In this document: one piece after another, positions 28,478 through 40,821 of the stretch | Position numbering within the stretch: the stretch's first letter is position 1 | How the letters are laid out: every line of letters starts with the position of its first letter | Assembly: GCA_951406725.2 (NCBI GenBank) | Contig: OX597819.1 | Span: forward strand, 38,192,001 to 38,256,000 | Source of the DNA: Octopus vulgaris | Taxonomy: Eukaryota | DNA: 64,000 nt | Direction of reading: 5' to 3' | The notes under the pieces: model-generated | Databases searched by the model: none | What the model was told of the DNA's origin: nothing | Seen by the model: the letters and a program-made list of their open reading frames with translations, nothing else | Made by a program: the position numbers and the translations under genes

Positions 28478-28982
28478 GCGAGCTGGCAGGATCATTAGTA
28501 TGCCAGGCAAAATACTTAGCAGCATTTTGTCTGTATTTATGCTCTAAGTTCAAATTCCACTGAGGTTGACTTTACCTTTCATCCTTTTGGTGTCAAGGTA
28601 ATATGTGCCAGTTGAGCACTGGGTTTGATGTTATTGACTAACTCCCTCCCCCAAAATTGCTGGCCTTATGCCAAAATTTTAAATCAGTATTTGTTCCAAC
28701 TCTCTGTGATCTGAGCTCAAATCCTGACAAGATCAACTTGTCAGGAGTTGATTGCCAAGCTGGCAGAAATGTTAGCACACCAGGTGAAATGCTTACCGGT
28801 ATTTCATCTGCCATTATGTTCTGATTTCAAATTCCACCGAGGTCGACTTTGCCTTTCATCCTTTCGGGGTCGATAAATTAAGTACCAGTTACGCACTGGG
28901 GTCGATGTAATCGACTTAATCTTCTTGTCTGTCCTTGTTTGTCCCTTCTATGTTTAGCCCCTTGTGGGCAATAGAAAAATAA
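28478..28982 (+). mobile_element. Cluster of family A SINE copies
   Basis: Two heads (GAGCTGGCAG at ~28480, AGCTGGCAGAAATGTTAGC at ~28758), each with the central domain. Confidence 0.75.
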
Positions 28983-29228
28983 GATCAACTTTCCCTGTTA
29001 TTGTTCTGAGGTTGATAAAGCACCTGGCAAGAACTGGAATCAGTTCATCTCTCTTTCTCAGAATCATCTGTGTTGTGTTGTGATAACGACTGTGGGAAAA
29101 CACTCATAACATCCATTTCTCCAGAAAGGATGAAGGGTTGATACCCCTGCTAGCAACTGTTTCTGATAGAAAAACTGATATGGTGCTGAAACTGATCAAG
29201 GTTAAACAAACGTACAGAACAGTGATAA

Positions 29229-29555
29229 TGGTTTCAAGTTTTGGCACATGGCCAGCAATTTTAGGATTGGAGGTAAGTCAATTAAATTGACTCTAATGCT
29301 CAACTAGTACTTATTTTGTCAATCCCAAAAAGATGAAAGGTATGTTTCTAATTTAAGCACAAAAACCAGCAAAAATTTGAGGAAAGGGTTTAGTCAATAC
29401 CATCATCCCCAATACTTCACTGGCATTTATTTTATCAACTCTGGGGATAAGAAGGGCAAAGTTGACTTTGGCAGAATTTGAACTCAGAATATAAAAGTTG
29501 GGACTAATACAAGATATTCTTTCTGGTACTGAGCAATTCTGCCAGTTTGCTGCCC

Positions 29556-29613
<58 letters not shown>

Positions 29614-29819
29614 TAAATACTTTCTATGTAATCTCAAGGTTTAAAACAAACAATTTTTATTTATTTATTAGACATTCACTAGTACAACACCAAAAAAACC
29701 CCCAAATATATGGCACACTAGGCATAACAACAACGTGAACTTCCAACCTGTTGTCTCTTGAGGTCTCTGGGTGAGACTTGGAGCCTACTTGTACAAATAT
29801 AAAGCAAAAGTCAAACATA

Positions 29820-29874
<55 letters not shown>

Positions 29875-30103
29875 TATTATTATTATTATTATTATTATTT
29901 CAAATTTTGGCACAAGGCCACCAATTCTGGGATAGTGGGTAAGTTGATTACATTGACTTCAGTGTTCAATTGGAACTTATTTCATCAACCCTGAAAGGGT
30001 GAAAGGTGAAGTTGGCCTCAATGGAACTCAGAATGTAAAGATGGACAAAATGCTGCTAAGAATTTTGCCCCGTATGCAAACAATTTTGTTAGCTCACTGC
30101 CTT
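29229..30103 (-). mobile_element. Degenerate family A SINEs interleaved with (AAT)n arrays (29558-29617, 29821-29897)
   Basis: Motif similarity to family A; direct reading of the repeats. Confidence 0.65.
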
Positions 30104-30732
30104 AATAATAATAATGAATATCTAGACAGACCTAATGGGAGATAATGTTTTCACATGAATTATGGAAAAAGTGATAGCAACATTTTGGCTGGCATCCTAT
30201 TGATATGGCCAGCTGCTACTCTCTTGTACTCTTACTGATGTCTGTATTTTGTTTCTTATTTTCATCATTGGAAAGGCACTCTCTGTCGAAGCTGTTTAGA
30301 TCTGAAGTAAATTAGATTTAGGTAGATTTACCCACCCCATCCAAAGGTTTTTAAACATTTCATGTATCTGTTGGATGGATTACGTCAAATTTAATAAAGA
30401 ATAACAGAATAATTCTTAATCTAATCAGTAAATCTAGTTAAATTGTTAACGTTAATTCTAATGCTGTATCATAGTGCAAGGACTTTCAGCGTTTATTCCC
30501 TGTCGTGCAAAAAGATTAAAACATTGGGGAAAATCTTGTTTTAAATAATATTAATTAAAATACCATTCTTTGCTATTCAACAAGTTAGCTGGTTCTTGAA
30601 TCGCACATGTTAAAAGGAGACAAAAGTACAGCAAAAATATTTAATGTATATTAGTGAAGAATTCACTTTACTATCATTCGACTTTTACTTATATCTCATA
30701 CTACTGAGTATCATTGCAACAGTAAGATATAA

Positions 30733-31030
30733 TCATCATCATCATCATCATTGTTTAACGTCTGCTTTCCATGCTAGCATGGGTTGGACGATTTTGACTG
30801 AGGGCTGGCGAACCGGATGGTTGCACCAGGCTCCAATCTTGATTTGGCAGAGTTTCTTTCTACAGCTGGATGCCCTTCCTAACGCCAACCACTCCGAGAG
30901 TGTAGTGGGTGCTTTTTACATGCCACCGGCATGGGGGCCAGTCAGGTGGTACTGGCAACGACCTCACTCGAATCCTTTTACACACACCACCAGCACAGGT
31001 GCCAGTAAGGTGACTTTGGTAACGATCACA
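30733..31030 (-). mobile_element. Family C retroposon 3' part, ending in (GAT)n (RTE-type tail inferred)
   Basis: (CAT)n-GTTTAACGTC.GCTTTCCATGCTAGCATGGGTTGGACG...; near-identical copies at 31525-31780 and 33132-33480, more diverged ones at ~520, 21380, 32595, 37000, 40430, 46360, 54870. Confidence 0.75.
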
Positions 31031-31367
31031 ACTTTGGTAATGATCACAACTTTGGTAATGATCACGATTATCTTTGATAAAATAACATTTTCTTGGAAGG
31101 ATTCAAATAATTCGTTCATTCATTTAATGTGTGTTTTTCTATGTTAGCATTGGTTAGATGGGTCATGTTTATCAAGTAAGGGATTTTCAAGTAAGGGATT
31201 ATCAAGTAAGGGATTTTCTAATCCACAGGTCTTTGAAAGCATAGAGAGACTGGTTATAATGTTGACAAGGAATGTAAACATCATATTCCCATATCATTTA
31301 GATGTTGATAATTGAAGCTATATAACATCAACATTCACATGCACATACATGATGACTTTCTGAATGT

Positions 31368-32004
31368 AGGACAAAAGCCCCCTAGGACAAAACCTCCTAG
31401 AAAAAAAACTCTGAGGATGAAACCACCACCAGGACAAATTTTTAAATCATAATTTTTATTCTTAGTGTAGTATATGAACATTTCCCTCATATGTAAAATA
31501 TTACATTAATTATTTAATAACTCGTCATCATCCTCATCATCATCATCGTTTAACGTCCGCTTTCCATGCTAGCATGGGTTTGACGATTTTGACTGAGGAC
31601 TGGCGAACCAGATGGTTGCACCAGGCTCCAATCTTGATTTGGCAGAGTTTCTACAGCTGGATGCCCTTCCTAACGCCAACCACTCTGAGAGTGTAGTGGG
31701 TGCTTTTTATGTGCCACCGACACGGGGGCCAGTCAGGTGGTACTGGTTACGATCTCGCTCGAATCCTTTTACACATGCCAAATAAAATGAATATCATATA
31801 TCTTTGAAAAATTAAAGCAAGCACAATATTGAAAATCTCATTAAGTGTTGAGGTTCATTTAAAGTACATTTTACTACAACTTGATGTTATGTCCTATGCC
31901 ATTCAAAAATTCCTCCAATTTCATTTACATAGTCCAGAAGGGGTTTTGTCTCAGTGGGATTTTGTTCTAGGGGGATTTTGTCCTAGAGGGCATTTTGTCT
32001 AGAC
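31368..32004. mobile_element. DNA-transposon relic with multi-unit inverted termini, interrupted by a family C insertion
   Basis: Left end has repeated AGGACAAAA(G/C)CC units; right end has repeated GG(G/C)ATTTTGTC(C)TAG units, the reverse complement. Confidence 0.55.
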
Positions 32005-35000
32005 TCCTGGACTTCCATACAGTTTCCATCTATCAGATTTACTCATAAGTCATTTATGTTACACATAAATATCTATGTGTACTTATACATGAGTAAACAT
32101 TTATATGTATGTTATATCATTATGCTCAGATACCAAACTTTTGAAACAAATTTGTGTAAATTTTCACCATTCCACTGATTGACTATGCTAGTATGATGCG
32201 ATTGAACTTTTCTTGTCTTTTCTGTGAAAATTTGTTACTACATATCAAAGTGTATCAACTACAATGAACAAAATGAGAATTTACAAGCAATGCACTATAG
32301 TTGCAACTCTTTCATTGTTGCATTTGTATCACCTTCAAATTTATATGAGACACTCTCCTGGGAAGCATTTGCATTTGGATAAAAGAATAAATCCAGCTGA
32401 TGTCATGTTTCTTCTCCACAGGGTTGCCTCATTCATATGTATCTATGCATTACTCTTTTGTTAGTATATGGAATCTTTTTACTTAATGTTGCTTTTGAAG
32501 ACAGAGTAGCAGTTTTGGACTTGCATTGACCCAATATTCAAGAGGGTACTTATTGATTTTTTTTTTCCAGTCCTGGTGTTTTTCGTAACTATCGTCATCG
32601 TCATCATCATCATACTTTTAACATCCACTCTTTGATGCTTGCATAGGTTGGATGGAACTTATTGAGGCAGGTTTTTTATGACTGGATGCTCTTCCTATCA
32701 CCAATGCTCACTTGTTTCCAAGCAAGGTGACATTTTCCCATGGCCAGACATGTTTACACAGAATATTAGAAATTAATGACGCTGCTTGTTTACACAGTGA
32801 CTATCATTTTACAACTATCATGGGATGTCAAGACAAGAAAACGCAGGCACACACACAGTGGGCTTCTTATATTTCTATCTGTCAAATATATTCACAAACC
32901 TTTGGTCACTCTTAGGCTTATAGTAGAAGATACTTGCCCAAGGTGCTACACAGTAGAATTGAACCTGGAAAATGTGGTTAGGAGACAAACTTCTTACTAC
33001 ACAGCCATTCCTGTGCCTGTACTAGTTCATATTTAATATAATTGCTTTCTCTCTGCTGTCCAAGATGTTATTGTTTCAGTCATAGACTGAAATCTTCAAA
33101 AGCTAATTAAACAAATTTAACACTTTGCATTCATCATCATCATCATCATCGTTTAACGTCTGCTTTCCATGCTATCATGGGTTGGACGATTTTGACTGAG
33201 GGCTGGCAAACCAGATGGCTGCACCAGGCTCCAGTCTTGATTTGGCAGAGTTTCTACAGCTGGATGCCCTTCCTAATGCCAACCACTCTGAAAGTGTAGT
33301 GGGTGCTTTTTATGTGCCACCGGCACGGGGGCCAGTCAGGCGGTACTGGCAATGACCTCGCTCGAATCCTTTTATATATACCCCCAGCACAGGTGCCAGA
33401 AGGCGACTTTGGTAACGATCACGCTCGAATGGTGCCCTTTTACGTGCCCACTGGCACAGAAGCCAGTTGGCTTCCACCAAATGCAACCCAGATCTTTTGC
33501 TGCAGATATAACTCTGTCTTGGTAATGACCATCCTGCACATGCTATCATGCAATGGGTAATCATATAGAATGTGTTGCAGTGTGGACATTTTATACTATT
33601 TCCAGTGACTAGTCTATTTCTGTTACCTGTTATTGTTGTTATTTATCCCCATATCAACTATGATTTGATTAAACCTATGACCAAAAGTATTCCAGTTGTG
33701 ACCATCCTGTCTTTTGGAGATTTCTCAGAACTGCATTATTTAATTTTTCTTTTTTCTTTTACTTGTTTCAGTCATTAGACTGCAGCCATGCTGGAGCACT
33801 GCCTTAAAACATTTTTAGTTTAATGAATTGACACCAGTACTTATATTTTTTTTTCAAAGCCTGATACTTATTCTATTAATTCTTTTTGCTGAACTGCTAA
33901 GTTATGAGGACGTAAACAAACCATCACTGGATGTCAAATGGTGTAACACTCAGGTTATCATTCACATACTATCTAAACCACCCTACCCCCTTCTTCCCTC
34001 CTGCCACTTCTACTACTATCACTAGCCTCATTATTAACCCTAGCCCTGAAATCTATTTTCTCCTCCCACTACTCTCATCTTTAAACTCCATTCTGTCAAC
34101 ACCTCAAATGTAAAATTTTTCCCTGAAGACAGAAGCTGATGTTATTCGATGAAGGAATCGAGTTATAATCATTATTTTGGCCCATCATGCCCCCAGAAAC
34201 AGCTGTTGGGCTCATAAAACTCATACTCAACCCGCTTAATTCCTGATATCATTTCTATTCTGTGTAAGTTGGACATTTTTATATGTATATATATGTACAT
34301 TTTTTGTATTAAATGTACTTTTTTACTTGTTTCAGTCATTTGACTGTGGCCATGTTGGAGCACCGCCTTTAGTTGAGCAAATTAACCCCAGGACTTATTC
34401 TTTGTAAGCCTTGTACTTATTCTATCGGTCTCTTTTGCTGAACTGCTAAGTTACAGGGACATAAACACACCAGCATCGGTTGTCAAACACAGACACACAA
34501 ACACACACTCACATATACACATACACATATATATGATGGGCTTCTTTCTGTTTCCATCTACCAAATCCACTCACAAGGCTTTGGTCGTCCTGAGGCTATA
34601 ATAGAAGACACTTGCCCAAAGTGCCACGCAGTGTTACTGAACCCGGAACCATATGGTTGGTAAACAAGCTACTTACCGCACAGCCACTCCTTATTTTTTA
34701 TATATCAATTTGCCTAACTTGCTTGTCCTTACATTTACTCCTCTAACTGCTCAAGTTCAAATCTCTTGAGTACTATGAAATGTATTCTATACTGAGAACA
34801 CCTGCCTCTAATCTATATATATATGTATATATATATATGTATATATGTATCTGTATATATGTATATATGACGGGCTTCTTTCAGTTTCTCTACCAATTCC
34901 ACTAACAAGGTGTTGGTCAGCTTCAGTCTATAGTAGAAGATACTTGCCTTAGGTGCCACACAGTGGGACTGAACATGGAACCATAACTCCATTTCTAGCA

Positions 35001-35249
35001 ACTTTGGGAGTTGGTTACAAAAGAGGCAAGCATGACGGAATTTGCTAGATGGTATTAGTTGTTCTACGTTTATTATTGGTGATGTACATTAAATAATGCA
35101 GTTCTGAGAAATCCCAGAAAGACAGGATGGTCACAACTGGATCACCTTTGATCATAGGTTTCATCAAATCATTGTTGACATGTAGATGAATAACTACAAT
35201 AGACGGGTCAGTGGAAAGAGTATAAGATGTTCAGACTGCAACACACCTT

Positions 35250-36020
35250 TCTGTATGATTACCCAACATAGTGTTTTGGATTAATGAAGCTATTTCTGTG
35301 AAAATTATTTCTCGAGTTATGTGTTTTTATCTTTGTCTGTGCTAAGTAGGAGATATAGTGTTTCCAGAATGGTTTTGTAATAATGTCCAAAAGTATTGTA
35401 AATGTGTTTGAGTAGTTTTGTCTTCTAAATGTATTTGGTGTGTTTATATGGGTTGAGTGTTGTATTTTATACTCCCTGTTGTTGCTAGCAAGACAAGATG
35501 TGGATTTGGTAGGTGTTATATTTAAGTTTGTTGTTTTAGAGCTAGGCTTCTAGATAATAGATGTATATTTGGAGTAGTTAAGCAGCTGTGTCTGGAGAAT
35601 AGTGTGAAGATGTGTGATTTCAAGTGCTTAAAAAGCAGTGTGTACATTTTTTAGGACATGAGTTTGTATTGAAAACATTGAAAAGAAAGGGTGGAAAGAT
35701 AGATCTTTGTGGCACCCCATTCTTGAAATTGAAAATTCTGGATTTATAGATTTTGTACATTATATAGGCTTTGGTGTTCTGAAAAATAGTTTGCTATCTT
35801 CAAAATGTTCAAGACCCCTTAAAAAGGTCTTCTGTAAGTAGATAGCATAGCTTCTAATTTTGTTTTTTTGTATAATAACAATATGGATGTCATGTGTTGT
35901 TTAATTTCATAAAGTTGTCTTAAATTGATTGTGTCATATTATATGATTTTAAAATGCTTGACAATGGACTGAGAGAAATGACAATGGACCGTGATGTCTG
36001 GTGATATGAAGTTCTTGAGA
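35250..36020 (-). pseudogene. Highly decayed non-LTR reverse-transcriptase fragment
   Basis: Minus strand of ~35670-35742 reads SRIFNFKNGVPQRSIFPPFLFNVF, resembling the RT motif GVPQGS.LSP.LFN; boundaries approximate. Confidence 0.5.
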
Positions 36021-36861
36021 AGACCCACCCATGTTAGTCAAACTCAGTTGTAGAAGTGCTGTGTGTCCCTCCCACACTTAACAAGAAAACTTTTCACACA
36101 CTCTACCACAACAAACCAAACTGCATCTCTACATCTCTTCTCTTTCTCACATTTTCCGTTTCATGCACTATGTTTACCTCCCACTCCATAATCCTATCCT
36201 TTTGGCCCTATGCCACTGCATCATTACTCTCTGCTAGCCCTTGACCTATATGTTCTACCAACACATAACAAGAAAAAGTTTCCTTCACCCTATCCCAACA
36301 AACCAATCTACTTCTCCACATCTCTTTTTCACATTTCCTTCTTCATACATTATGCCTATCTCTCACTTCCCGATACTATCTTCATTGCTCTGTTCCTCTG
36401 TATCATTGCTATCTGGTAGTCTCCTGACTCTATATATACCCACTTACTAGCACTCTTTAATCACACTTCCACTTACTAGCACTCTTTAACCACACTTCCA
36501 TCACAATATCCTGCCACTTATATTAGGCATCGGAACCTCAAGCATATGCCCTGGCACTTGCTACCATCTGTATCCCTCTCTTCATTTATTCTACCATCCC
36601 ATTTATATTCTGATCCACGTTCCTTGTGAGTATGCCTGGCAATCTGCCACCATCTCTTACTGTCTCCCACTCTCTCTCTCTCCTTCTTCTGCGCTTCCCT
36701 CAGGTTGGGTAACTATGTATTTCCTTTGTGGTAGCGCACCTGTTTCTGTCTTCATTCCTGATATCTCTCTTTCTCCAGCCAGGTAACCTTGTACTTCTTA
36801 TACAGCTAGACACCTGTATCTGTCTCTAATCTCACCTGTATCTGTCTCTAATCTTACCTGT

Positions 36862-37953
36862 ATCTAATCTATGCTTTTTATTACCAAGTTTTCATTATTT
36901 TAATTGTATTGAGAAATTTGTCCAATTTATTCAGAATTTATGTGGTGTCTCCAAGGCAATTGTCTAGTCTGCCAAGTGGTAGTGCCAAAACTGCACACAT
37001 CATCGTCATCATCGTTTAACATCCACCTTCCATGCTAGCATGGATGGGATAGTTTCACAAGAAGCAGCCAGGCAGAAGCCTGCACCAAACTTCTGTGACT
37101 GTTTGGCAAGATTTTTACGGCTGGATGCCCTTCTTAACACCAACCACTCAGCAGAGTGCCTTAGTGCATTTTACGTGGCATAAGCACAGGCGAGGTCAGT
37201 AATGCTTTTTATGTGGCACAAGCACAGGTAGGTCAGTTTTGGCAAGGCTTTTACTGCTGGATGCCCTTCTGAACAACAACCACTTTACAGTGTGGACTGG
37301 GTGCTTCTAAGTGGCTCCTGCATTGACAGGGTCACCACATACTTGCAAGACAAAAAAAAAAAATTTCAAGAGAGGAGGAGACATTGGAGGAGATGATCTT
37401 GTGTTGGATCACCTCCTCCACTGTCTCCTCCTCTCTTGAAATTTTTTTTTTTTGTCTTGCAAGTATGTGGTGACCCTGTCAATGCAGGAGCCACTTAGAA
37501 GCACCCAGTCCACACTGTAAAGTGGTTGTTGTTCAGAAGGGCATCCAGCAGTAAAAGCCTTGCCAAAACTGACCTACCTGTGCTTGTGCCACATAAAAAG
37601 CATTACTGACCTCGCCTGTGCTTATGCCACGTAAAATGCACTAAGGCACTCTGCTGAGTGGTTGGTGTTAAGAAGGGCATCCAGCCGTAAAAATCTTGCC
37701 AAAACAGTCACAGAAGTTTGGTGCAGGCTTCTGCCTGGCTGCTTCTTGTGAAACTATCCCATCCATGCTAGCATGGAAGGTGGATGTTAAACGATGATGA
37801 TGATGATGACAATGATGTGTGCAGTTTTGGCACTACCACTTGGCAGACTAGACAATTGCCTTGGAGACACCACATAAATTCTGAATAAATTGGACAAATT
37901 TCTCAATACAATTAAAATAATGAAAACTTGGTAATAAAAAGCATAGATTAGAT
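36862..37953. repeat. Long near-perfect inverted repeat (arms 36862-37398 and 37407-37953, 8-nt spacer)
   Basis: Arm-to-arm comparison shows about 3 substitutions, a 1-nt indel and a 9-nt (CAT)n length difference. Confidence 0.95.
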
Positions 37954-38129
37954 CACTCTGAAATAATGTTTGAGCAGCAACAGGAAATTGAATCATTACC
38001 AAATATGCTATTGATACAATATTGTAAAAGTATATATTAAAAACTACTACTATTGGCTGTATTCATGAAACAGAGCTGGGAGATGAAGGACATACACTGG
38101 CATATAGTACAGAATACCCTGGTGCCAGC

Positions 38130-38167
<38 letters not shown>

Positions 38168-38939
38168 AGTGAGGGTATTACGCTTATGTGGTACTTTTGG
38201 ACATGAAGTGCTGGAATTTAAAAAATGTTTTCTGTATGGAGCTAACTCTGATACTGAGAAAAATATAACAGTTAATATCATTGTTGTTATTGCTATGGGT
38301 AGTGAAAAATGGTATACTGAAGTGAAGATTTTGTAATCGGTTTTATTTTGTTGTATCTGTCTGAGCATTTGGGAAAAACACGCTTTTAAGGATTTTAAAG
38401 CTTATACTGTGCAGTGGCATTACTATTGGATATCATCCATATGTTCTTGTTTAACCTCAAGTAGGTCCTGGTCAAGCTGACTTATTACCATTTCATTCCA
38501 GCCATGATCATCCCATCATTTCTCCAAACTTGATCTTACTTTCTTTAAAATTGTTGTGTGTGATTCCAGGAAAACTTGACTGCTACACTTAGCAGATTGA
38601 TCAATCACATACAGGTTCTCTACCTGTTTATTTGACTGATTCATTGTGTTGAATTTTCATCATTCAATTACTAGCATTCCAATAATGACCCTCCCATCTT
38701 ATATTCTAGAATAATTTATCCAGCATATTCTTCCATTAAGACAGTAAAACATTTAGTTGTTGTTTTTAGCAGGTTGAATGACTCCATAGAGGGTCCTTTG
38801 TTGGCTTATTGTAGTTATAATTAATTGTAAATAGATTCTTATCTTGAAGTTAAATAATTCCCAATTGTGTATGTACTGTTCAATATTTGACTATTAGCAC
38901 CAATACTGGTAATACTTCTCATTACACCATAAATTTGAC

Positions 38940-39690
38940 AAACAATCTTGAGTGATTGCCTTGATAAGCACTCGCCACTGTGATCAGTTTCAGGTAGTTT
39001 TCAATAGATCTGTATAAGCAGGTTACCTATTCACTGTTTTATGTCATCAGTCCACTACTAATGTGATTTCTCCCTACCAAGAGCCTTGTCCAAGATAGTA
39101 CCAATTATAATGATTCTCTTAATGTTGTTGATTGACTGCTGATAAAGTATGATCATTTCCTTTCACACAAAGAGTTTAAGATGCTACGAGGACCACATAC
39201 TTGATCTAAGATGTATATGGGATGTCTACAGAATTCCTGGCAAACAGCACCATCACTGCAATCTGAAGCTGCTGATTATATATTGTTGCTGAGTGTTTAG
39301 TATCCATGACTTGCAGTTGTGAAGTGCATCTAAGACGGCCACTGGTTTCACTGTCTGTATCACCTTTGGGACACATTATGATAATTCCACACTTTGTTCA
39401 GCTTGCTCATAACTGAGTCTTCCTATCCAGCCTGAAGCAGATTTGCTTGTTCTTATATCACTGGGCACTCAGTAGACTCCACAACTATCAATTTGGTCTT
39501 ACCACTGTTTATGTATAAACTGTTCATTTTGCTGGTGTAAAACAACAGATTCTTACACTCCTCATGGTTGCTATCATGAGTAAAGCACATTCTACTGAGT
39601 GCTATTTTGAGTATATCACCTTCTACTGATCCATTCACTGCTGTTGGTGCCTCAATGACATACTCTTTTAGAGCTAATCTCATCCCCATT
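38940..39690 (-). pseudogene. Decayed RTE-like LINE ORF fragment
   Basis: Minus strand gives LYINSGKTKLIV (cf. L.IN..KTK.M) and ALHNCKSW (cf. LYGCESW); many disruptions. Confidence 0.4.
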
Positions 39691-40588
39691 TCTACACATA
39701 TTTTGTGTTTTATCATCATCATCATCATCATCACCGAGTCAAGCTTGCTTGGGTTTGCATAACTGTAATCCTCCACCTATCTTTATGTTCCATATCAAGT
39801 AGAAGTTCCTGTTAATGGTATCCGATCTGTTACCTTTTTGATGTATATCTTCCACAGGGTGACCGATGTTATGTGGAAGTGTTTAAAGTAAAGTGTCACT
39901 AACCAGCTCCCCTTTACATTTCCATTTCTATTTTTTTAAATTTTAAATGTATTTATATACATGCCTATTAGACAATCTGTACAGTTTTATTACAATGCTG
40001 CTCTCCTCTCCTTATTGCCTTCTCCTCCTCCTTGACCCACTCCTATTATCTTCACCTTTTCTCCAAACTGATATTCACCATTGACCATGAACCTTCCTCT
40101 GTTTGCAGTTCGCTACATCACCTATGTCCCTATATCTCTACTCCTAATTATTTATTGCTTGCTTCACTCTCTCACAAACTTACTTGATCCTCTGTCCTTG
40201 TTCCCATCACCTGATTCTCTGTTCCTGTCCCCCCTCACATTCACCCTTTTGTATTTTGAGGGTATTTTCTGGCACCTCATCATAAGCATCTTTTTCCCTG
40301 CTTTTCCATATATCTTGCTAACCTCACTAATATCATTGAATGAAAAGGCATCAAATATACTGCAAAGTGTGTAGTGTTATTGAATGAAAAGGCATCAAAT
40401 ATACTGCAAAGTGTGTAGTGTTAGGAAGTGCATCCAGCCATGGAAACCATGTCTAAACAGACATTGGCTTTCAATGCAGTCCTCTGATCTCCTGGGTCCT
40501 ATTAAGCCATCCAACCCATGCCAGCATGTAATACAGACTCTAAATGATGATGATTGATCTTGCAATAAGTTTTGCTTCATAAGAAAGT

Positions 40589-40821
40589 AGGCGGCGAGCT
40601 GGCAGAAATGTTAGCACGCCGGGTGAAATGCTTAGCGGTATTTTGTCTGCTGTTACGTTCTGAGTTCAAATTCCGCCGAGGTTGACTTTGTGTTTCATCC
40701 TTCTGGGGTCGATAAATTAAGTACCAGTTGCACACTGGGGTCAATCTAAAACGACTTGATCCCTTTGTCTGTCCTTGTTTGTCCCCTCTATGTTTAGCCC
40801 CTTGTGGGCAATAAAGAAATA
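40589..40821 (+). mobile_element. Family A SINE, full-length monomer
   Basis: GGCGGCGAGCTGGCAGAAATGTTAGC...GAGTTCAAATTCC...CCCCTTGTGGGCAATAAAGAAAT. Confidence 0.85.

Noticed and set aside
40335-40423. 44-bp tandem duplication
   Set aside because: Ordinary local slippage beside a retroposon fragment.
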